Position numbers and translations under genes: made by a program. Below the pieces are notes generated by a model. The model ran no database searches. It was given only the letters and a program-made list of their open reading frames with translations, and was not told the origin of the DNA. This document shows positions 50,871 through 61,960 of a stretch of DNA of 64,000 nucleotides, in pieces. The DNA comes from Leucoraja ocellata (taxonomy: Eukaryota), in the NCBI GenBank assembly GCA_036785375.1, contig JAWMAR010000384.1:1054001-1118000 (forward strand), written 5' to 3'. Position 1 is the first letter of the stretch. The number at the start of each line of letters is the position of its first letter.

Positions 50871-52482
50871 CAGTACCCTCCATAATGTTTGGGACAAAGA
50901 CCCATCATTTATTTATTTGCCTCTGTACTCCACAATTTGCGATTTTAGGAAAAAAATCACATGTGGTTAAAGTGCACATTGTCAGATTTTACTAAAGGCC
51001 ATTCTTAGACATTTTGGTTTCACCATGTAGAAATTACAGCTGTGTCTATACATAGTTCCCCCCCCCCTCCATTTCACGCACCATAATGTTTGGGACATAT
51101 GGCTTCACAGGTTTTTGTAATTGCTCAGGTGTGTTTAATTGCCTCCATAATGCAGGTATAAGAGAGCTCTCAGCACCTAGTCTTTCCTCCAGACTTTCCA
51201 TCACATTTGAAAGCTTTTATTGCTGATTATCAACATGAGGACCAAAGTTGTACCAATGATAGTCAAAAAACCCATGATGTGACTGAGAAACAGGAATAAA
51301 ACTATTAGAGACATCAGCCAAACCTTAGGCTTACCAAAATCAACTGTTTGGAACATCATTAAGAAGAAAGAGAGCACTGGTGAGCTTACTAATCGCAAAG
51401 GGACTGGCAGGCCAAGGAAGACATTCACAGCTGATGACAGAAGCATTCTTTCTATAATGAAGGAAAATCCCCAAATACCTGTCTGACAGATCAGAAACAC
51501 TATTCAGGAGTCAGGTGTGGATTTGTCAATGTCCACTATCTGCAGAAGACTTCATGAACAGAAATACAGAGACTACACTGCAAGATGCAAACCACTGGTT
51601 AGCCGCTAAAATAGGATGGCCAGGTTACAGTTTGCCAAGAAGTACTTAAAAGGGCAACCGCAGTCCTGGAAAAAAGGTCCTGTGGACAGATAAGACAAAG
51701 ATTAACTTATATCGGAATGATGGCAAGAGCAAAGTATGGAGGAGGGAAGGAACTGCCCAAGATCCAAAGCATGCCACCTCATCTGTGAAAGACGGTGGTG
51801 GGGGTGGGCATGTATGGCTTCTCAAGGTACTGGCTCACTTATCTTCATTGATGATACAACTGCTGATGGTAGTAGCATAATGTATTCTGAAATGTATAGA
51901 CACATCCTATCTGCTCAAGTTCAAACAAATGCCTCAAAACTCATTGGCCGGCGGTTCATTCCACAGCAAGACAATTATCCCAAACATACTGCTAAAGCAA
52001 CAAAGGAGTTTTTCAAAGCTAAAAAATGATCAATTCTTGAGTGACCAAGATAATCACCTGATCTGAACACAATTGAGCATGCCTTTTCTATGCTGAAGAG
52101 AAAACTGAAGGGGACTAGCCCCCAAAACAAGCATAAGCTAAAGATAGCTGCAATACAGGCCTGGCAGAGCATCACCAGAGAAGACGCAAAGCGACTGCTG
52201 ATGTCCATGAATCGCAAATTTCAAGCAGTCATTGCATGCAATGGATATGCAACAAAATACTAAACATGACTACTTTCATTTACATGATATTACTATGTCC
52301 CAAACATTATGGTGCCCTGAAATATGGGGACCATGTATAAACACTGCCGTAATTTCTACATGGTGAAACCAAAATGTATAAAAAGTCCTTTATTAAATTC
52401 TGAGAATGTGCACTTTAACATGTGATTTTTTTTTTTCCTATTACAAATCTTAAATTGTGGAGTACAGAGGCAAAGAAATAAA
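50871..52482 (+). mobile_element. Decayed Tc1-family (DD34E) DNA transposon with long IR/DR terminal repeats
   Basis: TA|CAGT start. About 225-bp left TIR with internal direct repeats CCATAATGTTTGGGACA (~50880, ~51081), mirrored at ~52296-52482 with the outer end lost. Transposase relic from ATG 51235 to TAA 52263 has GRPRK, WTD, QQDNYPKH...SPDLNTIE (34 codons between D and E) and GYATKY*, with multiple stops and frameshifts. Confidence 0.93.
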
Positions 52483-52818
52483 GTACCCGTTCCTGCCTTT
52501 TCACCATATCCCTTGATTCCACTAGTCCTAAGAGCTCTATCTAACTCTCTTTTGAATGCATCCAGTGAATCGATCTCCACTGCCTTCTGAGGCAGAGAAT
52601 TCCACAGATTCACAACTCTCTGGGTGAAAAAGTTTTTCCTCATCTCAGTACTAAATGGCCTACCCATATTCTTAAACTGTGGTCCCTGGTTCCGGACTCC
52701 CCCAACATTTGGAACATGTTTCCTGCATCTAGCGTGTCCAATTCCTTAATAATTTTACCTAGTGTGTGAGGGGTAGGGTTAGTGTGCGGGGATCGCTGGT
52801 CGAGCTGTATCTCTAAAC
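52483..52818. mobile_element. CR1 3' fragment (minus, ~52483-52757) fused to a V-SINE tail (plus, ~52758-52818)
   Basis: Minus ORF GRPFSTEMRKNFFTQRVVNLWNSLPQKAVE, then gttagtgtgcggggatcgctggtcg..ctgtatctctaaa. Confidence 0.75.
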
Positions 52819-53553
52819 ACATATTTCCTTAAATATCCTTCCAAAAATGCACACAGCACTGCAGCTGTGGCCGGTCAAGTTGGTTCAAAACATTTATACT
52901 TTGCAAAAAGTTCTGACATTCTGTTGCACTTCCTAATTAATTACTGTACCTGCTTGCTAACTTTTTGTTTCATGCACTAATACTCCTTATCCCTTTGAAC
53001 TACAATATTTTGGAGTTGCATTGGGCTTTTTGTTATTTAGCAGGTTAGGGGTTACAGAGGTTTGGTGTTACTATTTGATTAACATCTTATTGTGCTGTCC
53101 ACTTGCTGTCCATTTTATTAAATTATTTTGCTTGTCCAGCATCCATATCAAAGCTTTGAGTTGATTGCATTAGTTAAATGCAACCCTTTTTTCATTTTCA
53201 GTTTTTTTAGATCTCGAAGATCTTCTTAAAGTGCTTGACAAGCTATAAAATATTTTTGAAGTGTGAACCATTATGAGGAAGGAAACACAGAGACCAATAT
53301 GCATCCAACATGCTTTCACATGGCAATATGATGATTAGAGATGTTTCTAAAATATGGCTCTTGAGACATTAATATTTGCAAGGTTATCAGTGAAAATTTA
53401 CATGTTCATCAACATGGTGCAATGACTCGTTTATCATTCACCTGAGAGATCACTTTAACTTCTGATCATGAGGATAACTGTTCCATCAGTGTTGCACCAG
53501 AGTGAATTTGAGTAATTAATCCCATTTATTCACGTATTATTTGTTTTGAGCAG

Positions 53554-53628
53554 GTGGAAGGGCGAGGCATTGACTACATTGTTCTCTGGCTGGATTGTGA
53601 CAAGGAAGGAGAAAATATCTGCTTTGAG
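53554..53628 (+). CDS. TOP3B: TOP3B coding exon 4
   Basis: gagcag|GTG...GAG|gtaaga. 75 nt, [25 protein letters not shown] with the TOPRIM DxDxEGE motif. Confidence 0.97.
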
Positions 53629-53754
53629 GTAAGATTTTTTTTTTTTAATCATAGGTTTAAAAAAAGCACATTACATTTCCTAGAATCCAAAGGAGATTTT
53701 ATTTTGCCACCCAAAACTGAGAACTGGACAAGAACAAGAAGAAGAAGAATCAGA

Positions 53755-54045
53755 GCGGCACGGTGGCACAGCGGTAGAGTTCTGCCTTACAGCACCAGAG
53801 ACCTAGGTTCGATCCTGACTATGGGTGCTTGTCTGTACGGAGTTTGTACGTTCTCCCCGTGACCTGCTTGGGTTTTCTCCGGGATCTCCGGTTCCACACT
53901 TCAAAGACGTACAGGTTTGTTGATTAATTGGCTGGGTAAAATGGTAAATTGTCCCGTATTTGCAGGATAACGTTAGTGAGTGGGGATCGCTGGTCGCCGC
54001 GGCCTCGATGGGCCGAAAGGCCTATTTCTGCGCTGTATCTCGAAA
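53755..54045 (+). mobile_element. HE1-like V-SINE, near full length
   Basis: gcggcacggtggcacagcggtagag (A box), ggttcgatcc (B box), V-domain, tail gggccgaaaggcctatttctgcgctgtatct. Confidence 0.85.
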
Positions 54046-54385
54046 CTACATAACCATTGCTAATATCTATACATAATAAGCCAAAATCTTGCCTAAATTA
54101 TTCCTAATGAGGTAAAGGTCGGTATTTGTATAGATTGAGAATGGCAGCCAAGTAACGATAGCTGAGTGGTGACAATAAAGTTTACTTCCAAGATGCTTCT
54201 GAGCTCTATTCTAAAATATTTTCCAGCACATTGCCTTTTATTTTGAATTTTCATCCTTCTTTTGGATTTGTTGCGATATAAGCATTGACCCATTAATAAG
54301 AGTACTTTTTTGAGGAATGTGCATTTGTCCACAGTATGTATTCTTTACATTCAGACTTGCACTGTGTATTTTTGTGTTTATTCAG

Positions 54386-54582
54386 GTACTGGATGCCATT
54401 ACACCCGTTATGAACATTCCCCGTGGAAATGAAAAGGTGGTTTATCGTGCAAAGTTCAGTGCTATAACGGATACTGACATTAGCAAGGCCATGAACCAAT
54501 TAGGAGAGCCTAATCGGAATGAAGCACTCTCGGTTGATGCACGTCAGGAGCTTGATCTGAGAGTGGGTTGTGCTTTTACAAG
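54386..54582 (+). CDS. TOP3B: TOP3B coding exon 5
   Basis: attcag|GTA...AAG|gtacag. 197 nt, [10 protein letters not shown]...[20 protein letters not shown](R). Confidence 0.97.
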
Positions 54583-56047
54583 GTACAGCAAGAGTGTATA
54601 TATAAAGCATTCCAAAACACCAGGTCTGATATTCAATAATCAAGTTGCGTCTTGACGAAGTAGATTGGGTTTGATAAATCGAACATCATCAAAGAAAGAC
54701 CAAATTGTTGATTAAAAGTCCAACAGAATACTCCTAGTGCCTGTAAGGTATTTGAATCTAGCACTTGCTTTCATCCAATATACTGTAAAATGAAATCATT
54801 ATAAACCAGTAACGATATTCTTAAGAACATTGCTTTCTTGAGAAATTCCTTGAATCATTTAAGCATCCTCTGCCACAAATCTAATGTAGTCTTTATCAAT
54901 AATACCACATTGTTGCTCAACAAACTCATAGAATTTTTTTTTAAGTTGAAGTAATTATAGCAATATTTTGATTTTTTTGTGTAAAAGTGAAATTCTCTTG
55001 AAATTTGAGTAGGGTCAGGAATGTGCGGCTGATGCTGGGATACAGAGTGTGGCTACTGACTGGCTGAAACTCACCAGGTTCTATCTCCCACTTACTCTAC
55101 GCTTAGCGGAAGCACAGAAAAGAGTATCGGACTAATGTGTAATATCGTTATAAAAAGAAAGCACAAGTGCATTTGGGTATTAGTACATGTAGCATCCACT
55201 CGTCCATTGAAATTTGTCGGAGGTTTTCTTAAAACTCATACACACAAAGTCCATAACATTCCTCCTTCAACTTTTGAATTTTTTAAACTAGGATTTGTAC
55301 ATCACTGGCAAGGCCATCATTTATTGCCCAATCCTAATTGTCCTTGAGAAGGTGGTGGTGAGTCATTTTCTTGAACCATTGTGGTCAATGTAATGAAGAT
55401 GCTCCCATATTGCTCGGCAGTCAAGAGTTCAAAAGTAGAGCCCGTGACAAAAATGTTGTTATTTCCAAATTAGGATGGTGTTGCATCTTGAAGAGGAACA
55501 GCAGGTGATGTTCCATCAAAACAGTCACCCACGTCTTTAATAGTAAAGGTTCTGGGTTGCTTCATTTAAAAAACTCATCTAGGCTGGACAAACTTTCTGC
55601 CGTATTTGCTATTTCTTAATTAACTCAAATCTCCTCTTGTACCAGTTTTATTCCCATTGATTGTTTCCAAAATCCTACCAGTGATATTAAAGTGTTTAGA
55701 AATGACCTAGCTCTCTTCCTTGAACAAGACTGGCAGATTTGCCACTTTACAATACTCTGCATCTCCTCTGTACCTAGGGAAATAAGGAGACGAATCATCT
55801 AGACAAACTCTTGTTTCCATTATAACCTGCCTGTCACATTTCGCCCTATAAAATATCTCAATCATCCATGCTTCTACTGGTATTTTATCAACACAAATGT
55901 CTCTTGGAAGTTGTTAGTGCAACAAAAAACCTTGTGTTGGTGATTAACCATAGACTGAGATAGGTTTCATCGAATTTTAAAGGACTCTGCAAGGGCAGAA
56001 AACAAACATTTCCGAGTAAGAAGCTAACATTTTCACTTGTTTTCCAG

Positions 56048-56204
56048 GTTTCAGACCAAATATTTTCAGGGTAAATATGGGAATTTGGACAGTTCCCTCG
56101 TCTCATTCGGACCCTGCCAGACACCCACTCTTGGTTTCTGTGTGGAGAGACATGACAAGATCCAATCTTTCAAGCCTGAGGCTTACTGGGTCCTGCAAGC
56201 AAAG
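56048..56204 (+). CDS. TOP3B: TOP3B coding exon 6
   Basis: ttccag|G...AAG|gtttgt. 157 nt, [52 protein letters not shown]. Confidence 0.97.
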
Positions 56205-56550
56205 GTTTGTGATAAATTTATAATGGTATATAGCGTATTCCCTTCAGCCTGCCACATTCCCATTGACTCGAGGAAAAATTTGCACAATCCAAGAGAGATG
56301 CCCTTTATTTAGAAGACTGTTAATATGCTGTTTATTTGAATAGGAGATGGTTGTTAGTTCCTAAGAGACCCTGGATTTGCACCTGATAGTGTCAGTATTC
56401 TGCTGGCATGCAGTATCTGCAATAGTTGTCGAGACCCACATGGGAATGGCAGTTCCATTTGCATCTACTGAACTTGATTGTGGAGTTAACCTAATCATAT
56501 ATGTGTGCTGTTTGTTCTATCTGTGGGCTCCTTTTCCTGCACATTGGTAG

Positions 56551-56826
56551 CACGATGGCACAATGGTAGAGTTGCAGCGCCGGAGACCCGGGTTCAATCC
56601 CGACTACGGGTGCTATCTGTATGTAGTTTGTACGTTCTCCCCGTGACTGCGTGGTTTTCTCCGAGATCTTCGGTTTCCTCCCACACTCCAGATATGTAGG
56701 ATAATTGGCTTGGTGTATGTGTAAATTGTCCCTTGTGTGTAGGATAGTGTTAAAGTGCAGGGATTGCTGGTCGGTGCGGACTCAGTGGGCCGAAGGGCCT
56801 GTTTCCGCACTGTATAACTAAACTAA
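56551..56826 (+). mobile_element. HE1-like V-SINE, near full length
   Basis: A/B boxes, V-domain, and a tail ending (ctaaa)n. Imperfect TSD ACATTG(G/T)TAG at 56541-56550 and 56827-56836. Confidence 0.85.
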
Positions 56827-57250
56827 ACATTGTTAGTAATTCTAATCTTAATGCTTGGATGGTGCAAATTTTGATCCACAATGATATTTTGCCTTTAAAA
56901 ATGTGATAATCACATTTGGAGAGCTTCCGAAAACCAAGAAGCATTTTCCATTCACAGACGATTAATAAATGCAGTTAATAAATAAATAAATTGTAAAATG
57001 CAGTGGCTATTGCCTGGATGACACCATCTTTATGACATGTTGGAACATCCTACTTTTAGACACGAGTTATGCAAACCTTTCCTTTATTTTCCTTCTGGGA
57101 GTTGATAGATATCTGCTGTTGTTGTCGGTATTATTACTTTGTCTCCAGGCAATTTAAAAAATAATGAGTTTCTCTATAGCGAACTGCTCTGCAAGCACAA
57201 ATGAACAATTTGGGGGTCATTGCACTCTCAATTTACTTGTTTTGTTCCAG

Positions 57251-57364
57251 GTCACTAATTCTGCTGGTGATTCCATGGTTCTAGACTGGGACAGAGTCAG
57301 AGTTTTTGATCGAGAAATAGCACAGATGTATCTGAATATGACAAAGTCCACAAAAGAAACAAAG
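57251..57364 (+). CDS. TOP3B: TOP3B coding exon 7
   Basis: ttccag|GTC...AAG|gtaggt. 114 nt, VTNSAGDSMVLDWDRVRVFDREIAQMYLNMTKSTKETK. Confidence 0.96.
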
Positions 57365-58215
57365 GTAGGTAGGGGGGTGGGGGGAATGGGTAAGCCCCTG
57401 TCATGCTCTTAGTTATTGTGTCCCTCGGGGTATCACAAGGGGAAAAGATGCATGGGGATGGGGTTTTCAGGGTATAACCATTTCATAATAACAGTGATCT
57501 AAAAATGATGTAATGATTCACAGACCAAGTCGAAAAAACGTTAAAGTTCGACAATTTTCTTTGAGTTTAAGAAATCTGGATCTAAAATCTGATTTCAGGA
57601 AAAGTGATCATGATGACAATAGGTTGTTATCCAAGCCCAATGTGTTTATTCAAACTTTTAATCAGGAAAAAGACCCAACATGCTGGCCTGTTCTGATCTT
57701 CAGTTTATCGCGTTTTGCTGTGGTGTAAACAGTACTAATTATTTTTAGACTGGTACAAGTAGAGTCCGCAGACATTTGAAAGGATTGTTAACATTTTCAG
57801 TGGTCAAGAATGGGCAATAACTGCTTGTCAATGACACACAAACTAATTGCCTAAATGCACAGATAAGTAGAAATGTCTAAACTACATAAAGGGAATGCAC
57901 TTGTTTAACACAAGAGTGTAGAAAGAATGGGAATTGCAATTGTTTGAGAGAAATGGAATGAGAGGAAGCAATAAGGGAAGGGGTTAAGTGGGGAAATGAT
58001 ATACTGGAAGGGTAGGGAGAAGCAAGGGAAGGAAATGATTGGGGAAAATTGTGATAAATTGAGAAGGAGGCAGGGGAGAAATGGTTCGCAAATATAGACC
58101 ATTCCACAGCATACCCCTGCTTATGATAGATGGCATCCAACTGAAAGTAGAGCATCTCATCTTAACTCTGGAGGTAGTTTGTGGCCTGGTTATATATTTT
58201 CATGTTTTATTACAG

Positions 58216-58306
58216 GTGCAATCTGTCAGTAAAAAGGAGAAGGTGAAGCAGAGACCACAGGCCCTAAACACTGTGGAGATGTTACGTGTAGCAAGCTCTG
58301 CACTGG
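58216..58306 (+). CDS. TOP3B: TOP3B coding exon 8
   Basis: ttacag|GTG...CTGG|gtatgc. 91 nt, VQSVSKKEKVKQRPQALNTVEMLRVASSAL(G). Confidence 0.96.
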
Positions 58307-58633
58307 GTATGCCTTGCATTAACAGCTCTTACTGATGAGTTACTTTTGTTCAGCTGAGTACGATCACAGTGTCTGAGTATTTTAAATGAATAATGCCTAA
58401 ACTTTTAATTTCCTTTAAACTTTTTAAAAAAAGCAGCTTCAACTATTTATTAAGTATTGAAATAATGTGCAAACTAATAAATTAATTTGGCATTTGAAAA
58501 GATTGTAGGGCTCATGCATTTCTGGTCACGTTGCCTTTTTCATTTAGTCGTAGAGCTAAACACAGAACAGGCCCTTCGACCCAACTCATCCATGCTGGCC
58601 AAGTTGCCTAAGAGCTTGTCCCACTTGCCTGTG

Positions 58634-59695
58634 AATTTATAATAGGAAGCATGGAAAAGGCAGAACAGTTAAATGAGTACTTTGGTTCGCTCTTCACTAA
58701 GGAAGACACAAACAATCTCCTGGGAATACTAGGGGACTGAGGATCTAGTGGGAGGCAGGAACTGAAGGGAATTAAATGTAACATCTTCAAGTTTGCAGAT
58801 GACACAAAGCTGGGTGGCAATGTGAGCTGCGAGGAGGATGCTATGAGGCTGCAGGGTGACTTGGATAGGTTAGGTGAGTGGGCAGAAGCATGGTATATGC
58901 AGTATAATGTGGATAAATGTGAGGCAAGAACAGGAAGGCAGATTATTATCTGAATGGTGTCAGATTAGAAGGGAAGGTGCAGCGAGACCTGGGTGTGCTT
59001 GTACATCAGTCATTCAAAGAAAGCATGCAGGTACAGCAGGCAGTGAAGAAAGCCAATGCATGTTGGCCTTCACAGCGAGAGGATTTGAGTTTAGGAACAA
59101 GGAGGTCCTACTGCAGTTGTACAGGACCTTGGCGAGACCGTGCCTGGAGTATTGTGTGCAATTTTGTTCTCCTAATTTGAGGAAGGACATTATTGTTTTT
59201 GAGGGAGTGCAGCGTAGATTCACCAGGTTAATTCCCGGGATGGCGGGACTGATGAATGATGAAAGTATTGGTTGACTGGGCTTGTATTTGCTGGCATTTA
59301 GAAGGATGAGAGGCGATCTGATAGAAACATAAAATTATTAGAGGATTGGACAGGGTAGATGCAGGAAAAATGTTCCCGATGTTGGAGTGCAGAACCAGGG
59401 GTCACCGTTTCAAAATATGGGGTAGGCAATTTAGGAGATGAGCAAAAACATTTTCACCCAGAGAGTTGTGAAGCTGTGGAATTCTCTGCCACTGAAGGCA
59501 GTGAATACCAATTCACTGGATGTTTTCAAGAGAGAGTTATAATTTGCTCTTAGGGCTAAGGGAATCAAGGAATATGGGGGGAAAAGCCAGAACAGGGTAC
59601 TGAATTTGGATGATCAGCCATGATCATATTGAATGGCAGTGCTGGCTCGAAGGGCCGAATGGCCTACTCTTGCTTATATCTATGTTTCTATGTTT
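58634..59695 (+). mobile_element. Internally deleted CR1-like LINE with 3' tail
   Basis: [10 protein letters not shown] near 58790, RPCLEYCVQFCSPNLRKDI..EGVQRRFTRLIPGM, and tail (tatgtttc)n. Confidence 0.88.
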
Positions 59696-60069
59696 ATCTA
59701 TACTTGTCAGGGTGACATATTAATGATGGGGAATAAATCATTGACCATTTAATGCATCAATGCCAAAAGCAGGCATTGCCAAATCATCTTATCTCAACAT
59801 TAATAGCATGCCACCAGTGCCAGTATAATATTTTCCACAATACCTTACCTGCATTTCGCTTGGTGAAATGAATTGCATTTTGGATAAAGACCTATTCTTT
59901 GCCCTTTTTGTTTGGGGCTACCTAATTTAGTTTTACAAGGAACCTTGGTTGTCTGTAAACAGGTTGCTCATGCCAACAGCTGTGTCTATAATTATAAAAT
60001 AATGGTGCATTTGAGGCACAGAAAATTATAGAACTATTGTTTGTTGTCAACGATTTTTATGTTAAAAAG

Positions 60070-60215
60070 AGACGAGACTGCAGGTGCTGGATTTTTGAAA
60101 GAATAATGTTGGAGGAACTCAGTAGGTCAGATATTGTCGCTGGAGGGAAATAGACAACTTTGACCATTTCCCTCTGCAAATACCTGGCCCATTGAGATCC
60201 CCCAGCACTCTGTTT
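60070..60215. mobile_element. Degraded fold-back Penelope-like insertion
   Basis: ctgcaggtgctgg...ggaggaactcagtaggtcag / ...ccattgagatcccccagcactctgtt. Confidence 0.5.
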
Positions 60216-60879
60216 TTATTCACTATGTAATTGCATGTATTAGCAGCAGTTACAGTATGTATTGTACTTTAAAGGCAGTTTGACCAAGGTGTTATTAGTC
60301 AGCAATAACAAACATTTATAAAGAAATTCTGATTGTCCTCAGGAATTGAATGTAACTATTTCTACGGAAATATTCTTGCTGGCTGCATTGATAATGGATA
60401 ATTTTCCAAAGTATTTGCATTTATTTTTGGGGACATTATACAATGGAGAAGGAAAGGTGATACAGGATTCTTCTTTCATTTTTTAGATTTTGTGCAATAA
60501 GTAATGTAGCCCTTAAAATTGGGTAGACAAATTGGTTTTGAAATGGTGGAAGTTAATCTTTGATTATATTTCCCAATATTATTAAATTGAACCCCTCGAT
60601 TTCAGGAATTCCATTGCTTTAACGTGATAGTCTTTAAACCACACTTAATTATTTCTGTTCACATTAGTGCATCTGCCTTGTACTTTCATTCTACAGAGGA
60701 TTGACATTTCAAGTGTAAACTGTTTTATTCTCTTCATGGACCCTGACTGGCATTTGTATTTTCAAAATGTCCTCATTTTGTTTCAAACATTCAGTATTTC
60801 TTAATGCATTAATCGTGTTAAGTGTTGCTGATATATCAGAGTTCATTTTCAATTATTTTTAACTGGTACCAAATTCAAT

Positions 60880-61000
60880 ATGGAGTAATTTAATCAAAAA
60901 ATAAAATTATTATAATAATTAATATAGTATATTAATATTGGTATAATATAATTAGTACAATATTAGTATATTGAAAAAAAATTATTAGATGGACATACTA
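60880..61000. repeat. AT-rich low-complexity tract
   Basis: attattataataattaatatagtatattaatattggtataatataattag... Confidence 0.6.
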
Positions 61001-61240
61001 TTCATTTAGTTATATATTGTTGCATTCCACATTATTGAGTTTGTAAAACCCAAATCAATATTCTTATTCAATCTATTCAAAAGCTTTTAAGGCAGAATAG
61101 CAGACTGTCAGGAAGATGTTAAAATTAAGACCTGTTATTTGGGCTGCATATCTATGCACAATGAACTGGGTTGATTGTTTCTGTCACTGACTTTATGATG
61201 TATTTAAATAATATTATCCTTCATATAATTGCCTGACCAG

Positions 61241-61395
61241 GGATGAGCCCACAGCATACCATGCAAATAGCTGAGAAACTCTACACTCAAGGATACATCA
61301 GTTACCCTCGAACAGAGACCACACAATATCCAGAAAGCTTCGACCTCAAAGCAACCCTCCGACAGCAAGCAAATAACATCAACTGGAGTGACGTG
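61241..61395 (+). CDS. TOP3B: TOP3B coding exon 9 with catalytic tyrosine
   Basis: gaccag|GG...GTG|gttggt. 155 nt, MSPQHTMQIAEKLYTQGYISYPRTETTQYPESFDLKATLRQQANNINWSDV. Active-site Tyr codon TAC at 61303-61305. Confidence 0.95.
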
Positions 61396-61854
61396 GTTGG
61401 TAAAAAGAGACTTACGTATACATAGCATCTTTTGAAGTCTTCAAAAACGCTTTGAATCTGGTAGTGCTGATAAACATGTACCGTTCCTCCTCCTCAAAGT
61501 GTTATGGGTTTACTCCAGTCTCTGTTGTTTATTTTTTAACTGAGATACAACCAACATCATTATTTCAGTCATTTGTTTTGCAACTATGGTTTCAAAAATA
61601 ATTTAAAATGGCCAGTGAAAATAGACACACTCATACCTTGCTGCTCCCATTCTGTCTGAAAATTGTAGCTTTTTTTCTTTGTTGTACTCTCTACTTGCTC
61701 ATCAGAAACTCTGAATGTCTATCTATTGTTGGTTGTACTAGTTTTATTTCGTCACCCAATCCTAATAATTACTTTGAAAGATGAAATTAAAATGAATAGT
61801 GAGATAAAGGTGAAATCACTTATCTGGCAATAATAGAGTTAAATTATTTTGTAG

Positions 61855-61960
61855 GTGAAGGCTTTACTTACTGAAGGCATTAATCGTCCTCGGAAGGGTC
61901 AGGACGTTGGTGATCATCCACCCATCACCCCAATGCGTTCAGCTACAGAAGCTGAATTGG
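61855..61960 (+). CDS. TOP3B: TOP3B coding exon 10 (gene continues beyond the window)
   Basis: ttgtag|GTG...TTGG|gtacgt. 106 nt, VKALLTEGINRPRKGQDVGDHPPITPMRSATEAEL(G). No further exon was recognised before 64000. Confidence 0.96.

Noticed and set aside
53548-53553. NAGNAG tandem acceptor (GAGCAG) at TOP3B exon 4
   Set aside because: GAG acceptors are rarely used, and CAG gives the conserved protein.
53755-53830. tRNA-like A/B boxes
   Set aside because: This is the head of a V-SINE and does not form a complete cloverleaf.
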